A stretch of DNA of 63,932 nt, counting the filler, from Octopus bimaculoides (Eukaryota), in assembly GCF_001194135.2 (NCBI RefSeq). It is 8 parts of 8 records of this genome, joined end to end, with 100 filler letters (N's around TTAATTAATTAA, not from the genome) between each part and the next. Parts side by side here need not be neighbours in the genome. Positions count along the whole stretch, not along the records: positions 1 to 11,406 come from NC_069008.1; positions 11,507 to 21,782 come from NC_068983.1; 6 more parts are not named here. One strand, 5' to 3'. The translations under genes and the position numbers were made by a program. This document shows positions 1-18,330 of this stretch, in pieces (the first letter of the stretch is position 1; every line of letters begins with the position of its first letter). The notes beneath the pieces are model-generated. The model did no database searches, was not told the DNA's origin, and worked only from the letters and a program-made list of their open reading frames with translations.

Positions 1-66
<66 letters not shown>

Positions 67-70
<4 letters not shown>

Positions 71-720
71 TGATTTCATTTATTTGCAACAAAGGGAGAC
101 GATACAAAGGCAGTCATAAAATGTGGGGGTTTACATACAGGGTACCCACAAAGTCTGGGTACATGGGGATTAACACATACTTTAAGAAATTATTATTTCT
201 TATATTTAATTGTTTATGTTATGATTTTATTTGCTCCATGTACCCANNNNNNNNNNGGATTAACACATACTTTAAGAAATTATTATTTCTTATATTTAAT
301 TGTTTATGTTATGATTTTATTTGCTCCATGTACCCAGACCTTGTGGACACCCTGTATAATGAAATGATTTAAAAAAAGGGGGTGGAGGAAAGAAATTAAG
401 TATACACAGTATGCACTGAAGAAGGGACATATACATAACATACAAAGGTTTAAAAAAAGGGGCCGAGAGGATGATAGAGATGTGGCCCTTCTGATACAGG
501 AAGGCCTCTAGGGATAATCGAGGAACCCCACTGTCCAAGATTTCCCTGAAATCCCAGTAGCAAGTGTCCTCTCCAATTCCTTCTTTACGACTCCCAGGTC
601 TACACTTAGAGAGGTACCGTCCACTCTTGCCATTTTTGCAACTTTCACCCACCTTTCAATAAACTCACTCGAGGACAGCACTTCACTCTCCACTCTTGAT
701 TTCCTTTTCAAGTGAAACTT
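67..720 (-). mobile_element. L1/Tx1-like LINE 3' fragment, interrupted by a MITE
   Basis: Homologous to 9500-9860 (LDSG.PRLSLEAFLYQ.GHIS; WVKVAKMARVDGTSLS). Its 3' end with AATAAA-like signal abuts the (TAA)n array at 1-66. Clade assignment is by resemblance. Confidence 0.55.
138..354. mobile_element. Tc1/mariner-type MITE
   Basis: TIRs CAGGGTACCCACAAAGTCTGGGTACATGG / CCATGTACCCAGACCTTGTGGACACCCTG, flanked by TA at 136-137 and 355-356. The internal duplication across the 10-N gap is probably an assembly overlap. Confidence 0.8.
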
Positions 721-1008
721 GAAGAAGTCAAATAGAGCTCTACCAAATAATAATGGGAGTAATGTAGAAAGCTAGGATTCAAACATACTGATAAACGGTA
801 TGAACATGAACCTAGTAAAGCACTAGAAAGTAAGAAATACAAGATGTTGTAAGATGTTAACATTCAGACTGACAGAGTAATAGAAGTTTCAAGCCCCCCA
901 CCCACCGTACCTCTTCTTTGTTTCCCTCCCTTACGTACCTCATGCTTTTCGTTACCTTTTTCTTTACTTCTCTCTTTCTGTCTCTGTTTCTGCTGATTCT
1001 AGAGCAGG

Positions 1009-7243
<6,235 letters not shown>

Positions 7244-7378
7244 TCAATCGCAGGATATCCACACCAGCCGCTATTCCGAGTGTTAATTGTTGTTGTTATT
7301 ATTGTTATCGGCCAATACCAAGTCGACCGCCACCAATGCTCACAATTCAACTGATCAATACCCCCACCTCCTCGCCAC

Positions 7379-7384
7379 AATAAA
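7379..7384 (+). promoter_or_regulatory. Possible polyadenylation signal of the secreted-protein gene
   Basis: AATAAA about 135 nt after the stop codon. Not verified; the hexamer is common in AT-rich DNA. Confidence 0.3.
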
Positions 7385-7907
7385 CCTTCGATCCAACATT
7401 GACTGACTTCGGGATTCTCGTCTGCTTGATACGATGATGTTCTGTGTATATCTTCTCTTTTTTAATTTTCGAGTAAATTCTGACCGTTCACCGATTTCGT
7501 AGCAAGGTTGTGAAGGAAAACATCTTGTTTTAACCATCGCCTTTAAAATCTTAAGAAGGTCTTGCAAATTTTTATACCCCCAGATATCGCGATCATTTGT
7601 AGCTTATGGATTATGAATATGCATTCTCTTCACAAAGTTCTAAGTTCTGCCATACTTTACTCCGGACGGGTTGGTATGTGTCCTGTTAATTGGTATGAAA
7701 CTGGAAGCGCATCTTGAGTACTGGATATGCAAATGCCTTATCAATGGTCCATAGATGTCCTCTTTACCTTGTATTTTCCAAATCACATTCGTGTCTGGTG
7801 GGCAGATGATTTCCAAAGTATGTATGTATGTATGTATGTATGTATGTATGTATGTATGTATGCATATGTATTCACTTATCTATCTATCTACTTTAGATGC
7901 ACACACA

Positions 7908-7943
<36 letters not shown>

Positions 7944-8738
7944 NNNNNNNNNNNNNNNNNNNNNNNNNNNNNNNNNNNNNNNNNNNNNNNNNNNNNNNNN
8001 NNNNNNNNNNNNNNNNNNNNNNNNNNNNNNNNNNNNNNNNNNNGCCATTTATCCATAAGAGAAAATATTGAAACGATGAGTTTAGTAGTTAGACGTACTA
8101 GACAAAAACAGGTGACGATATTCCATCTTAATCCTCAAGTAGAGTATAGGGAGCCAAGAACAGATCCCTATTGGTCTCGTCAATGACTTCAATTTCTGTT
8201 GAACCTTTCCGTGTTTTCGAACTGTCACGGTTCTATCTCCATTGGGAAATTCATCGGACGGTTTGTCTTGCAATATCAGTACGAGGTTTCCGCGCGATGT
8301 GTCCTAGCTAAGCTCATTTCCTTCTCTTGATCTGGGCTCCCATAGGTTACTGGTTCACCTGTTCCTACAAGCTTTTGTTTGTTACTCAATTTGCCACCTC
8401 ACAAGAACGATGTCCAGATAATTCAACTTTGAGTTCAGTCCTCATCGAGGGCTACATGCTTTATTCTCTGCAGAGTTCAATTAAACTATTATCGTAAATT
8501 GATTTTATCGATTTTGTTTCTCGTTTAATAGTCACTCCCCAAAAAGAGAGTCTTTGTCTGTAATAGATATTTTTATTACTGCAGTATGCCGAGGATTAAA
8601 ATCACCACATTCCTAATATATATTTTACAGATCAAGTATGTTTCAAACATAACTGAATTGATTTAAATGTCTGTTAATCATTATTACCATTATTAAGAAA
8701 GCAATAATGTATGTTTGTGCGTGGATATGCCTACATAC

Positions 8739-8917
8739 CTCATCAATTGGAAGATAGTTCCAGAAATCAAGGATGGGATGTCGGAAGAAGTTAGGACAAA
8801 ATGTACCAATGCATTCGTCTACTTTCCAGGTTGAAGTACTTCCTTTATTTATAAATGAATCATAGACTTTCGAACCGGCTCCGACTGATAAGGCATATAT
8901 TCTAATCCACTGGCTAT
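8739..8917 (-). CDS. Paralogous exon 2 of a second family member (other exons not found)
   Basis: 179 nt, acceptor ttatttcAG, donor gag|GTATGT, same phases as gene 1 exon 2. Encodes SQWIRIYALSVGAGSKVYDSFINKGSTSTWKVDECIGTFCPNFFRHPILDFWNYLPIDE: 39/59 identical to gene 1, no stops or indels. Confidence 0.85.
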
Positions 8918-9224
8918 CTGAAATAACAACAGCAACAATAATAATAATAATAACAACAGCAACAACAACAATNNNNNNNNNNNNNNNNNNNNNNNNNNNN
9001 NNNNNNNNNNNNNNNNNNNNNNNNNNNNNNNNNNNNNNNNNNNNNNNNNNNNNNNNNNNNNNNNNNNNNNNNNNNNNNNNNNNNNNNNNNNNNNNNNNNN
9101 NNNNNNNNNNNNNNNNNNNNNNNNNNNNNNNNNNNNNNNNNNNNNNNNNNNNNNNNNNNNNNNNNNNNNNNNNNNNNNNNNNNNNNNNNNNNNNNNNNNN
9201 NNNNNNNNNNNNNNNNNNNNNNNN

Positions 9225-9478
9225 ACAATTCCTATCATAGTAGGTGCCTTAGGTATAATAAAAAAATATTCAGACAAATACATAACAAAAACACCAGGAC
9301 TTACAAATATATATAACATACAGAAAATTGCACTACTGGGTACTGCACACATTCTACGCAAAACACTTTCAATACAGTAAACATAAGAGCACCACAGCAA
9401 ACCACAGCACATACCCAAGGCACACAGAGCTGCGCTCGGTAGTGAAGTGAAAGCACGTTATAAAAATAAAACTACTGA
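9225..9478 (+). mobile_element. R4/Dong-like element 3' end
   Basis: IPIIVGALGIIKKYSDKYI..IQKIALLGTAHILRKTLSIQ*, short 3' UTR, then (TAA)n. Confidence 0.8.
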
Positions 9479-9499
9479 ATAATAATAATAATAATAATA

Positions 9500-10460
9500 A
9501 TGATTTCATTTTATTGCCTCTAGGCGAAGGATATGTGGAACAAAACAGAGACAGATATAACGTGTGGGGGGCTGATATATAATAATGAAATGATAAAAAG
9601 AATTAAATAAAGTATACGTGGTATACATTGGAAAAGAAGGGTGCATAGGATGCAAAGGTAAAAAATCAATAGAGATGAAGCGATAGAGATGTGGCCCTCC
9701 TGATACAGGAACGCCTCTAGGGATAATCGAGGAAACCCACTATCCAAGATTTCCCTGAAACCCTAGGATCAAATATCCTTTCCACTTCCTTATCTCCGAC
9801 TCACATATCTACAGTTAGAAATGTACCTTCTACTCTTGCCATTTTCGCATTTTGTTGCTTTTGTAGGCAGCGGATCTTCAAATGGGCGTTAGACTCATAA
9901 ATGTAGCACCTTGGCTTTCTGCCTTCCACCACGACTATACAGGGATTCTGGTTTTACCTGGATCAAAAGCTCCAATCTGATTCCGGACCAGTTCACCTTC
10001 TGATATATTTTTTAATTACCAGAAGCGAATCCGGTCCTTCGACCACAGTGCACGTAACCAACCAGCAAATGTCTAATTCTGATGACATCTGATATTTTAA
10101 CTTTCACCATCGACCGTCCAAGTTATGTGGGGAAGAGAAGAATATCCTCGTGTATGCACTGGACCATTGAGTGTTTTTGGGCCGGTATTTCAGTGAGGGG
10201 CCTTACTTCCACAGAACCATATTGTCTGCTTCGTGTAAGGAAATCAATATCTGCCCAAATAAGTATTTTTCCACTTGGATGTGTGGCGCATTGAAGATTT
10301 TCCTCATCTTTAGCAACACACATTTGCATATCTTCTCCATCAAATCTGAAAGGATAGCAAACTTGGTTTTCCTATTCCCTCTATTGAGGTGCTTCTCTGT
10401 TTCACTCAGTTACGCATGTTTTCTTCCCAGGGAGATTTGCTCCTGCAAAGGCGCTGTTTT
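9500..10460 (-). mobile_element. L1/Tx1-like LINE 3' region
   Basis: Same family as 67-720, with an identical terminus (taatgatttcatt..tattgc) abutting (TAA)n. The upstream boundary is approximate. Confidence 0.5.
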
Positions 10461-11179
10461 TATCGTTACTGTTATAGTTGATGATGATTATGTCGTTTTT
10501 GTTGCTTGTGTATTTCCTGTCGTTGTTGGTAATAGTCGGAGCCAAAGCAACGGGATTCCTTGGGAGTGATTTTCCTATCGTTGACCGATGTTGCCAAGCT
10601 ACTTGCTAACTGGGGGAAATTATTTATATCGCAGCTGTACTGTCGTGTCAAATCTTTAATGTTGTTGTTGTTGTTGCTACTACTGCTGCTACAGACAACT
10701 GTTGTTATTGTTGTTGTTTGTAGTGGTAGTGGCAAAGGTGATGAGGGCGACGACGTCGGAGCTTCTGTTGTTGCTGTTGTTTGTGATTGGGATAGTCACC
10801 TTGTCTTCCCTGCTTCCTTGTCTCGTAGTCATGCCAACAGGCGAAGAACTGTTACCCTCTCTCATATTTGTGGCAAGACATTCCTCTGTCTCTTCCCTTC
10901 TCTCATCAACAACTGAAACTCCCTCAAAACTATTTGTTGCTGCCGTTGAGCAAAATTCTAAATTTTTGTACGTGAAACCAAAAATGCAATAAATTTGATA
11001 ATCCCCCGAACAAATAAGGGGACTTCAAACAAAAAAGAAACTCACTCGCAGAAGAAGGATTCTTTATTCTACACCCTGGTTGAAAATGACAGGAAAGCAC
11101 AACTATTTTTCGGAGAAACTGACGACTTAAAAAAAATAATACTGAACCGAAGTCAAGCGTGGCTTCCTCGGCTGACGGC

Positions 11180-11248
<69 letters not shown>

Positions 11249-11406
11249 TGACTGGAATACTCGCAGATTCAATGTACGAACATCTGGAATAAAATGGAGT
11301 CCTGCCACATGAGCAGAAGGGTTGCCAGCGTAAGTGCAGAGGTGCCAAGGATCAACACCTGATACACAAAACTGTACTTAGAGTCTGCAAGAGTAGGAAA
11401 AGTAAC
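11249..11406 (+). mobile_element. R4/Dong-like RT fragment
   Basis: [42 protein letters not shown] (EQKGC..G.KDQL motif). Starts directly after (TAA)n at 11180-11248. Confidence 0.75.
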
Positions 11407-11450
11407 NNNNNNNNNNNNNNNNNNNNNNNNNNNNNNNNNNNNNNNNNNNN

Positions 11451-11462
11451 TTAATTAATTAA
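11451..11462. other. Artificial scaffold linker TTAATTAATTAA (one of seven)
   Basis: 44 N + 12-mer with stops in all six frames + 44 N. Also at 21827, 30305, 40526, 54939, 60489 and 62712. Confidence 0.95.
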
Positions 11463-11506
11463 NNNNNNNNNNNNNNNNNNNNNNNNNNNNNNNNNNNNNN
11501 NNNNNN

Positions 11507-12290
11507 AGGGAAGGCGGAGGTGGTGCAGATGTTTATAGCATCGGTTATCATCTACCGTCTGACCATGGTGCCTTGCCCCGATTTGTGGCTGAACAAGTTG
11601 GAGAGAATCCTTTTCCGCTTTTTGTGGAAGGGAGGAAAGCCACTTGTGAAGCGCTCTGTCTGCTGCCAGAAACCGCTAAAGGGTGAGCGAGGGACGCCTT
11701 GGCTGAGGATGCGAAAACTCGAGTTAAGGTTGAAGCACCTCTAGCTTTACCTGGGTGGAGTACAGCTATCAGCTGAGTCTATCACCGAGATTGTGCCGCC
11801 TCCTTCCCTTAAGGAAAGGAAGGCTTGCTTTTTCTGCGTAGGAGCCATACTGAAAGAAGCAGTATGGAAGATGCATGTGAGAGGCATAGTGACGGGTGCC
11901 TTTGTCTCCGGCCAGGGGTTGGTTAACTTTTTTAGTTACCACCTCAGTAGTAAGATCAGGTTGGAGAAAGGGTACTTGTCACAGGAGAGATTCGCGAAAA
12001 GATGGAAGCCTGTGGCAAGCAAGCTGGGAGCGATTGGAACCAGGTAAGTGAAGTCCGGAAAAAATGCAGAGGTTCTAACCTGGTGATCGGATGCCTTTCC
12101 GTCAGGGAGTTCATTGCAAGTCGCAATGAGTATCATTTCATCATTTAATTTTTAATTGTATCATATAAATTTATCATCCGAAACGTGAACTTTTAATCAT
12201 TATAGCAGCTACTTCACCTTTTTATGTTTGTCTGTCTTTGTTCGTCCCCTCTTTGTAATGCCTTCATGGCAAAATTAATGAAATAAAGTA
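11507..12290 (+). mobile_element. L1/Tx1-like LINE fragment (post-RT region and 3' UTR)
   Basis: FIASVIIYRLTMVPCPD..LERILFRFLWKGGKPLVKRSVCCQKPLKG, with frameshifts and stops downstream. Confidence 0.75.
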
Positions 12291-12299
12291 GCTTGCTTA

Positions 12300-12420
12300 C
12301 TAGCCACATGGTTCCAGGTTCAGTCCTACTGCGTGCACCTCTTCTCCTTTAACCTCGGCCGACCAAAGCCTTGTGAGTGGATTTGATAGACGGAAACTGA
12401 AAGAAGCCAGTCGTGTATAC
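12300..12420 (+). mobile_element. tRNA-derived SINE fragment
   Basis: ccacatggttccaggttcagtcc (B-box-like) ...gaccaaagccttgtgagtggattt...gacggaaactgaaagaagcc. Confidence 0.7.
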
Positions 12421-12711
12421 ACACGCACACGCACACACGTCTGTGATTGTCCCCCACACCATCGCTTGGCAATCGATATATATATGTGTGTGTGTGTATG
12501 TAAATATATGTGTGTGTGCATGTGTGTGTGTGTGTGCGTGTGCGCGTGTGTGTGTGTGTGCTAGTTCCTGGCTTTTAAGGTATCGCGAAAGTTCTGCTTG
12601 GAGGCCCAACCTTCCGAGTTCTTTTACAAGGCTTAGAAAAACTGGATGACCGCTGCAATAAGTGGGTGAATCTGAGAGCCTGGCTAGGCTTTAAAAGGGC
12701 GACGGACGGAC

Positions 12712-12752
<41 letters not shown>

Positions 12753-12774
12753 GAAACTGAAGCAGGGAGTTTGT

Positions 12775-12815
12775 CTCGCGACTCCAGTTTCACGCCACTG
12801 CAATCTTCAGGCGAA
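12775..12815 (-). ncRNA. Minimal type I hammerhead ribozyme motif
   Basis: Minus strand uucgc-CUGAAGA-uugcaguggcgu-GAAA-cu-gg-ag-UC-gcgag. Stem I has 5 bp, the core is canonical, the cleavage triplet is GUC, and stem II is weak. Confidence 0.7.
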
Positions 12816-15800
12816 CTTGAAACTATATATAGATGTGTGTGTGTGTGTGTATTTCGTTATCGAGTTCCACTCACAAGGCATTGTCCAGGCAAGGCTAAAG
12901 TCGAAGATATTTGCCCAAAGTTCCGCATCGTGAGAATGTGCAATGTCTATTTATTAATGCAATATCGCCGATTCTAAGTGAAAGGATAAAAGACAAAGTT
13001 AACCACGATGGGACTTGAACACAGACTGCAAACAATCAGAATTATTACTGCTATAACCATTCGACCAAACAACGGCCTTTATTCAATCTCATGTTACAAC
13101 ATTTTGATGTTCAAATATTCAAACGCTATCCGAGTCAACTTAATTTTTCATCCACCAGGGGTTGATAAAAGAGGTACCAGTTATCTACTAGGATTACTTT
13201 AATCGGTTACATAGTTCTCTTATACCATTGGGATCATGTACCAATATATAACAATAAGTATTTGTAGCGGCAGGTTTTAGTAGTCGTAGTGGTGGTGTTG
13301 GCGGTGTTGGAGGTAGTGGTAGTGGTGGTGGTTGTAACAGTGGTGGCGGTAGTACTAGAATAGTGGTGACGGTAGTAGTAATGATTGTAGTAGTTGTAGA
13401 AGTGGTGTTGATGGTATTCATGGTAGTAGTAGTAGTAGTAGTAGTTGTAGTAGTAGTGGAGTTAATGGTAATAAAGATGTTTGCAGTAGTAGCAATAAAT
13501 TGTAGTGATAGTGAAGGTGGTGGTGGTGACATTAGTAGCAGTGGTAGTGATGATAGTAATATTAGTACTAGTAGTAGTGGTGGTGATAATAGTAGTGGTG
13601 ATAGTAGCGGTGGAAGTAGTAGTAGAAGTAGTAGTGGTAATGATGCTAACGGTAGTAAAGGTATTTGTAATAGCAGTAGTAAATATTGTTCTTGTTGTTG
13701 TTGTGTAACCCCCGGTCGACTTTAATCGAACTGAACCATATTCAATGTTATTCTTATCCAAACCAACCTGTCTGCTTTTTCTAAGCATTGTCTGTATGGG
13801 GCTACATTTTCCTACTCGATATATCCGTGCGATTTTCTGTTAAGGCAGTCAGAAGTGATCGAAGGGAGATTTTATTTGACTATTTTTAGCAAATCAAGTG
13901 ATCACACAGAAGCTTCTTCCACTCGCTCATAAGTGGTGTTAGTGGTGGCGGTTTTTGTTGTTGGTAGTGTGAATGGTATGATAGATAGGTGATCGTATAG
14001 TTATACTGGTGACAACGTTGGTGAAGATCCTCAACCTTAATTTGGCAAAGTTAGACCTAAAACGCGCTAAACAGTTCTTCTTTCGAAAGCGAATCAAGAC
14101 AATATTGAGCCAAATTATATAAATGAAGTAACTCGAGTAATTGTTTTCTTAACCTCTGGCTTTCATCAGAAGAAACTACGTTTGGACAAAGTTGAGCGAA
14201 GCTCTATGTTAATTGCTTCTAACGAACTCTAATCAAACGTTGTGCTTGGCTGTAAAATACAGGATTTAATTGATTTCATATAAAATTTCACTCATTCATT
14301 AAAGCTAATGTGTTCTTTGTTTTCTATTGAAATTTGCGGCAGCATCAATTTTCAGCTTTTACTTGTTTTCTTACTTTGGAGAAGACAAATGCATCAAATT
14401 TATAAAGGAAGGAAAATAAGATTGTATGACGTTAATACCTCTCGCCAAAGCATAGTGGACTTGGTTTCAATTGCGACTCGACATTTTTAATCTGGGGTTC
14501 CAGTCGTGATATTCACATCTTTTTTGCATTATGTTTGTTTTTTAAAATTGAATGTTTTAATGCATTACTTATCATGTTTTTGAGAAACCACTTTTATGGT
14601 ATCTCCTCTTCAAAAATGACTCTGCAGTACAACGTTCGATTTCCCTATAAGACATATAACTTAAATCTATAACGTAAAAGAATTTCCCGAAGAGCGCTTG
14701 CAGCATAAATAAAGTGAGCTAGTTTTAACCACTCCTTCTGCTTTTCGCTATTTGGATTTTTAAATCGAAATTCGTGACCTTTTGTGTTTTAAATACTGTA
14801 TTCCAAAAATTTCCAGTTCGATGCTTGATGGTTGTGCGTTCAATCCACTTAGTGGTCTTGACATTATTATTTATACTTCCAGGAACGATTCATTGAAATT
14901 ATTACTATAACTCATTAGTTCATAGGGTCACCCGTGAAGACTGTGTCTTTGTATTGCATGTCTAAGGCAAGTCTTCATGAACTCAGCACTTAATGCGAGC
15001 GAAATATTTATTAATTGCACCTACTTATTACGGTAATTGTTTCTAGTTTAGACACAAGGCCATCAATTTAAGGGCAAGGAAATTAGTCAATTATATCGAC
15101 CCCAGCACTTGATTCCATTCTATTGACTTACCGATACTGAAAAGAGGGAGAGCAAAGTCGACCTTAGTGGAATCTGAACTCAGAACTGAAGGAGCCGAAA
15201 GAAATAAGGACGTTTTCCGAAGCTTTAATGATTTTACTTGTTCATTGCCTTTAATTCTTACAAGAACCCTAAAGCGTGATAGCTATTTACAGATGAGGAC
15301 ACAGTAGCTCAATTTGTATTAGTTGTACTGTCATTGAAATCACATCTCAAACTCTCTTAGACAAAGCCCAAACTTACTACTTTCTAATTTATCTTTCCTG
15401 TTGAAGCAAATATGCTTGGACACCAGCTGATAGCTATGGTCGTGGAAAATCAAGTAAATGACTAAGTTTATCGCATACAGTGACTGCAGTCAATGGTCGA
15501 ATATTGACCAAACAGAAACTCCTATTTCTTTAAAGGAAAAGAAAACGGGAAAAATGTAACGCCATTCTTATCTTAGACGAATTCATACTGCAAAGGAGTT
15601 TGGCAAAATTTGGTCGGGCGTTAGACATTTAATCACGTTTCTTTAGCTTCTGAGTTCATATCATGAAATGGTCATCTTTACTCTTCATCCTTCCAGGACC
15701 AATAAAACGAATACTAGTCATCAGAAACCGGCGTCGATCATAATCGATTAAACCACATCACTCCACCATCACAAACAAAGGGAAAATGATATCTTGGTTT

Positions 15801-17018
15801 CAAATTTCGGCTCACGGCTAACAATTTCGGAAAGGGGTAAGTCGATTACATCGATCCCAGTACTTAACTAATACTTTTTTCTATCGACCCAGAATGGATG
15901 AAAGACAAAGTCGACTCTGGCGGCATTTGAACTCAGAACGTAAAATCGGAAGAAATACTCCTAAGTATTTTGTTCGGTGCGGTAACGATTCTGCTAGTTC
16001 GCCGCCTATTTTGTGTTCAAATTAAAAATCAACATTGTAAAGGAAAATGCAATGTCTTCGACGGAGAAGCGAAACCGCTTCATTAACTTGATACGGGAAA
16101 CTAAATTCTTCCTTAACAGTATTTGATAGAGTGCTCCTGGTATTAATAAATATTTATCTATTACATGGGTGGAGTTGTGGTCCGGTTCAATCAACTACAA
16201 AATTTGGCCTAATGCCTAGGCAAGTGAAGTCCATACTTTTACTGGGGAAATCAACCGATTGACACTGAAATCTGTACTTGGCAATTCACTAAGGGAGTTA
16301 ATATTTTGTCTCCTCATCTCTTTCACACCGCCTGTCTTCTCATTCTCCTTAGACACGTATCTACATTATGGTTTCATTATCGTATAAAGTAATATATGAA
16401 CAGTAAATTCTCATTGAGATTACGAAGAAAGCCATCTCAATACATGTGGCGACAATTAATGATGGTGGGCTGGGTGCAAGCGAAATGACTAATGACGGGG
16501 TCAGCTGGACTAAATAAGGTCACTCTAGTTGAATGATCGAAAGATGCTTGTTAGCATCATGTGCAGAGGTGAAGTGGAGCTAATAAATAAAACCACCGAT
16601 CGATTATGATTGTTAGAGGTTGTGGACGGAGACAGAATTTCAATGCGAATATACAGAATGGTAAAATTACTCTTACAACCTTTACTCACTCTCTTTCTAT
16701 ACATATCTATCTATCTATTTATGTATACCGCACGCATTCATGTAGACATACGTATTTATACATACATGCGCACATATAAATATAGATATACAATACATTC
16801 ATATGTATATTTGTATATATNNNNNNNNNNNNNNNNNNNNNNNNNNNNNNNNNNNNNNNNNNNNNNNNNNNNNNNNNNNNNNNNNNNNNNNNNNNNNNNN
16901 NNNNNNNNNNNNNNNNNNNNNNNNNNNNNNNNNNNNNNNNNGTGTATTGAAGCCTAATGACTACTGCTGACAGAAATAATATATTTATTAACCTTAACCC
17001 TATTTCTAACATATCACC

Positions 17019-17059
<41 letters not shown>

Positions 17060-18009
17060 TCAGTTGTGTGTGCTGAAGGCTAGAATTTCATAAATCTCGT
17101 TATTTTGCTTCATAATGCCTGTGTCACTTGAAAATCTGATGAATGAAATAAGGGTTGAGGTTGTGATCACACAACAAAAGTCGTATGGTCGATTACCAAG
17201 AATTTCATTACAAAAACAAAACGAACCAAAAATTATAAAATCACATCCACACCAACTTACAGATTTACAGAATGCAATGAGTCACGTGTTCATTGACTGA
17301 CAGTCATGATTTATCTTAAGAATATTACATGGGAAGCTAAAAAAATTTAGTTCTCAATTGTTTTATTCTATTAATTAAAAAAATTTTTTTACTCAAGTTA
17401 CATGTGTGTTTGTTTAATTGATTTTACAGTTTTCGCTTCATGAGTATAACCGCACAAGAAACAAGACAAAACTCAGCCTCCAAACTCGTGACAAATGACC
17501 TTGTGGTTTCCGTTTTCCTTTGTTCTTCTAAATATTACATGATGGTTAGAGGTAAAAGTCTGCTTGTCTTAATGAACCTTCATTAGATCCTTCAAATTCC
17601 TGTTGAAAAGACTCGTTAGAAAGTAGGAAGGGCAGTGTCGACCTGAGGTCCCCAAACACCGCATCGCGGACCAATATTGGTACCGTTCTGCAAAATAAAT
17701 TCTAAAATTTCATTTTTATTCAGAAGTAACGAGCTTGGCAGAATCGGCAACACGCCGGGCGGCATCTCTCCCGTCTTTACGTTCTGAGTTCAAATTACGC
17801 CGATATCGACTTTGCCATTCATCTTTCCGGGGTCGATAAAACAAGTACTAGTTAGGCTCTGGTATCGATGTAACCGATTCACCTCATCCTCTGAAATTGT
17901 TGGCCAAGTGCTAAAAGTTGAAACCAAAATACTATTTCTATTTTATTGACTATTGCAGTGCAGGGTGTTTTTGCATTATAAATGTATTATGTATGTAATA
18001 ATTAAATTA

Positions 18010-18330
18010 TATATTATGCATTTCATTTTATATTGTTATGCGCATGATACCCCAGACCGTAGGAAGCATTGTCTTCCGTGAAACCAGCCCGTGGTGAAAA
18101 AAATGTTGGTGTCTGCTTCTGCAGGCCACAAAACTTGGGCGAAAATAATTCGTATGGAATGAATTTCACATGGCGAGCTTGCGGTTCTATAGGAATAACA
18201 GAGAATTGGAAGTGCAAATATCCTTCTATACTTTCGCGATGATTCTGATAACATTTTAGTTTTGAATTCTATACCACTGAGCAGCACTTGTGTGAGCATC
18301 TTCTACTAGCGTCTTGGGTGGATTAAATTC
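18010..18330 (-). mobile_element. Possible piggyBac transposase relic
   Basis: Degenerate LWPAEADT...NASYGLGYH resembles the KLW.LCEA.TGY...GLG segment. Frameshifted. Confidence 0.4.

Noticed and set aside
167-333. Apparent 80-bp tandem duplication inside the MITE
   Set aside because: The two copies are identical and separated by a 10-N gap, typical of an unmerged contig overlap.
11451-11462. Regularly recurring TTAATTAATTAA as a biological repeat or CRISPR-like array
   Set aside because: Always centred in exactly 44+44 N, so it is a synthetic linker. There is no repeat-spacer array anywhere in the window.
13194-13788. Thr/Pro- or Ser/Gly-rich mucin-like ORFs
   Set aside because: Degenerate (GTA/GGT)n repeat that is open in several frames at once.
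14130-14180. Other CTGATGA...GAAA hits (14130-14180 minus, 27785-27810 plus, 59560-59590 minus, 3860-3875 minus)
   Set aside because: Stems I and III cannot be formed or the NUH site is absent; treated as chance or too decayed.
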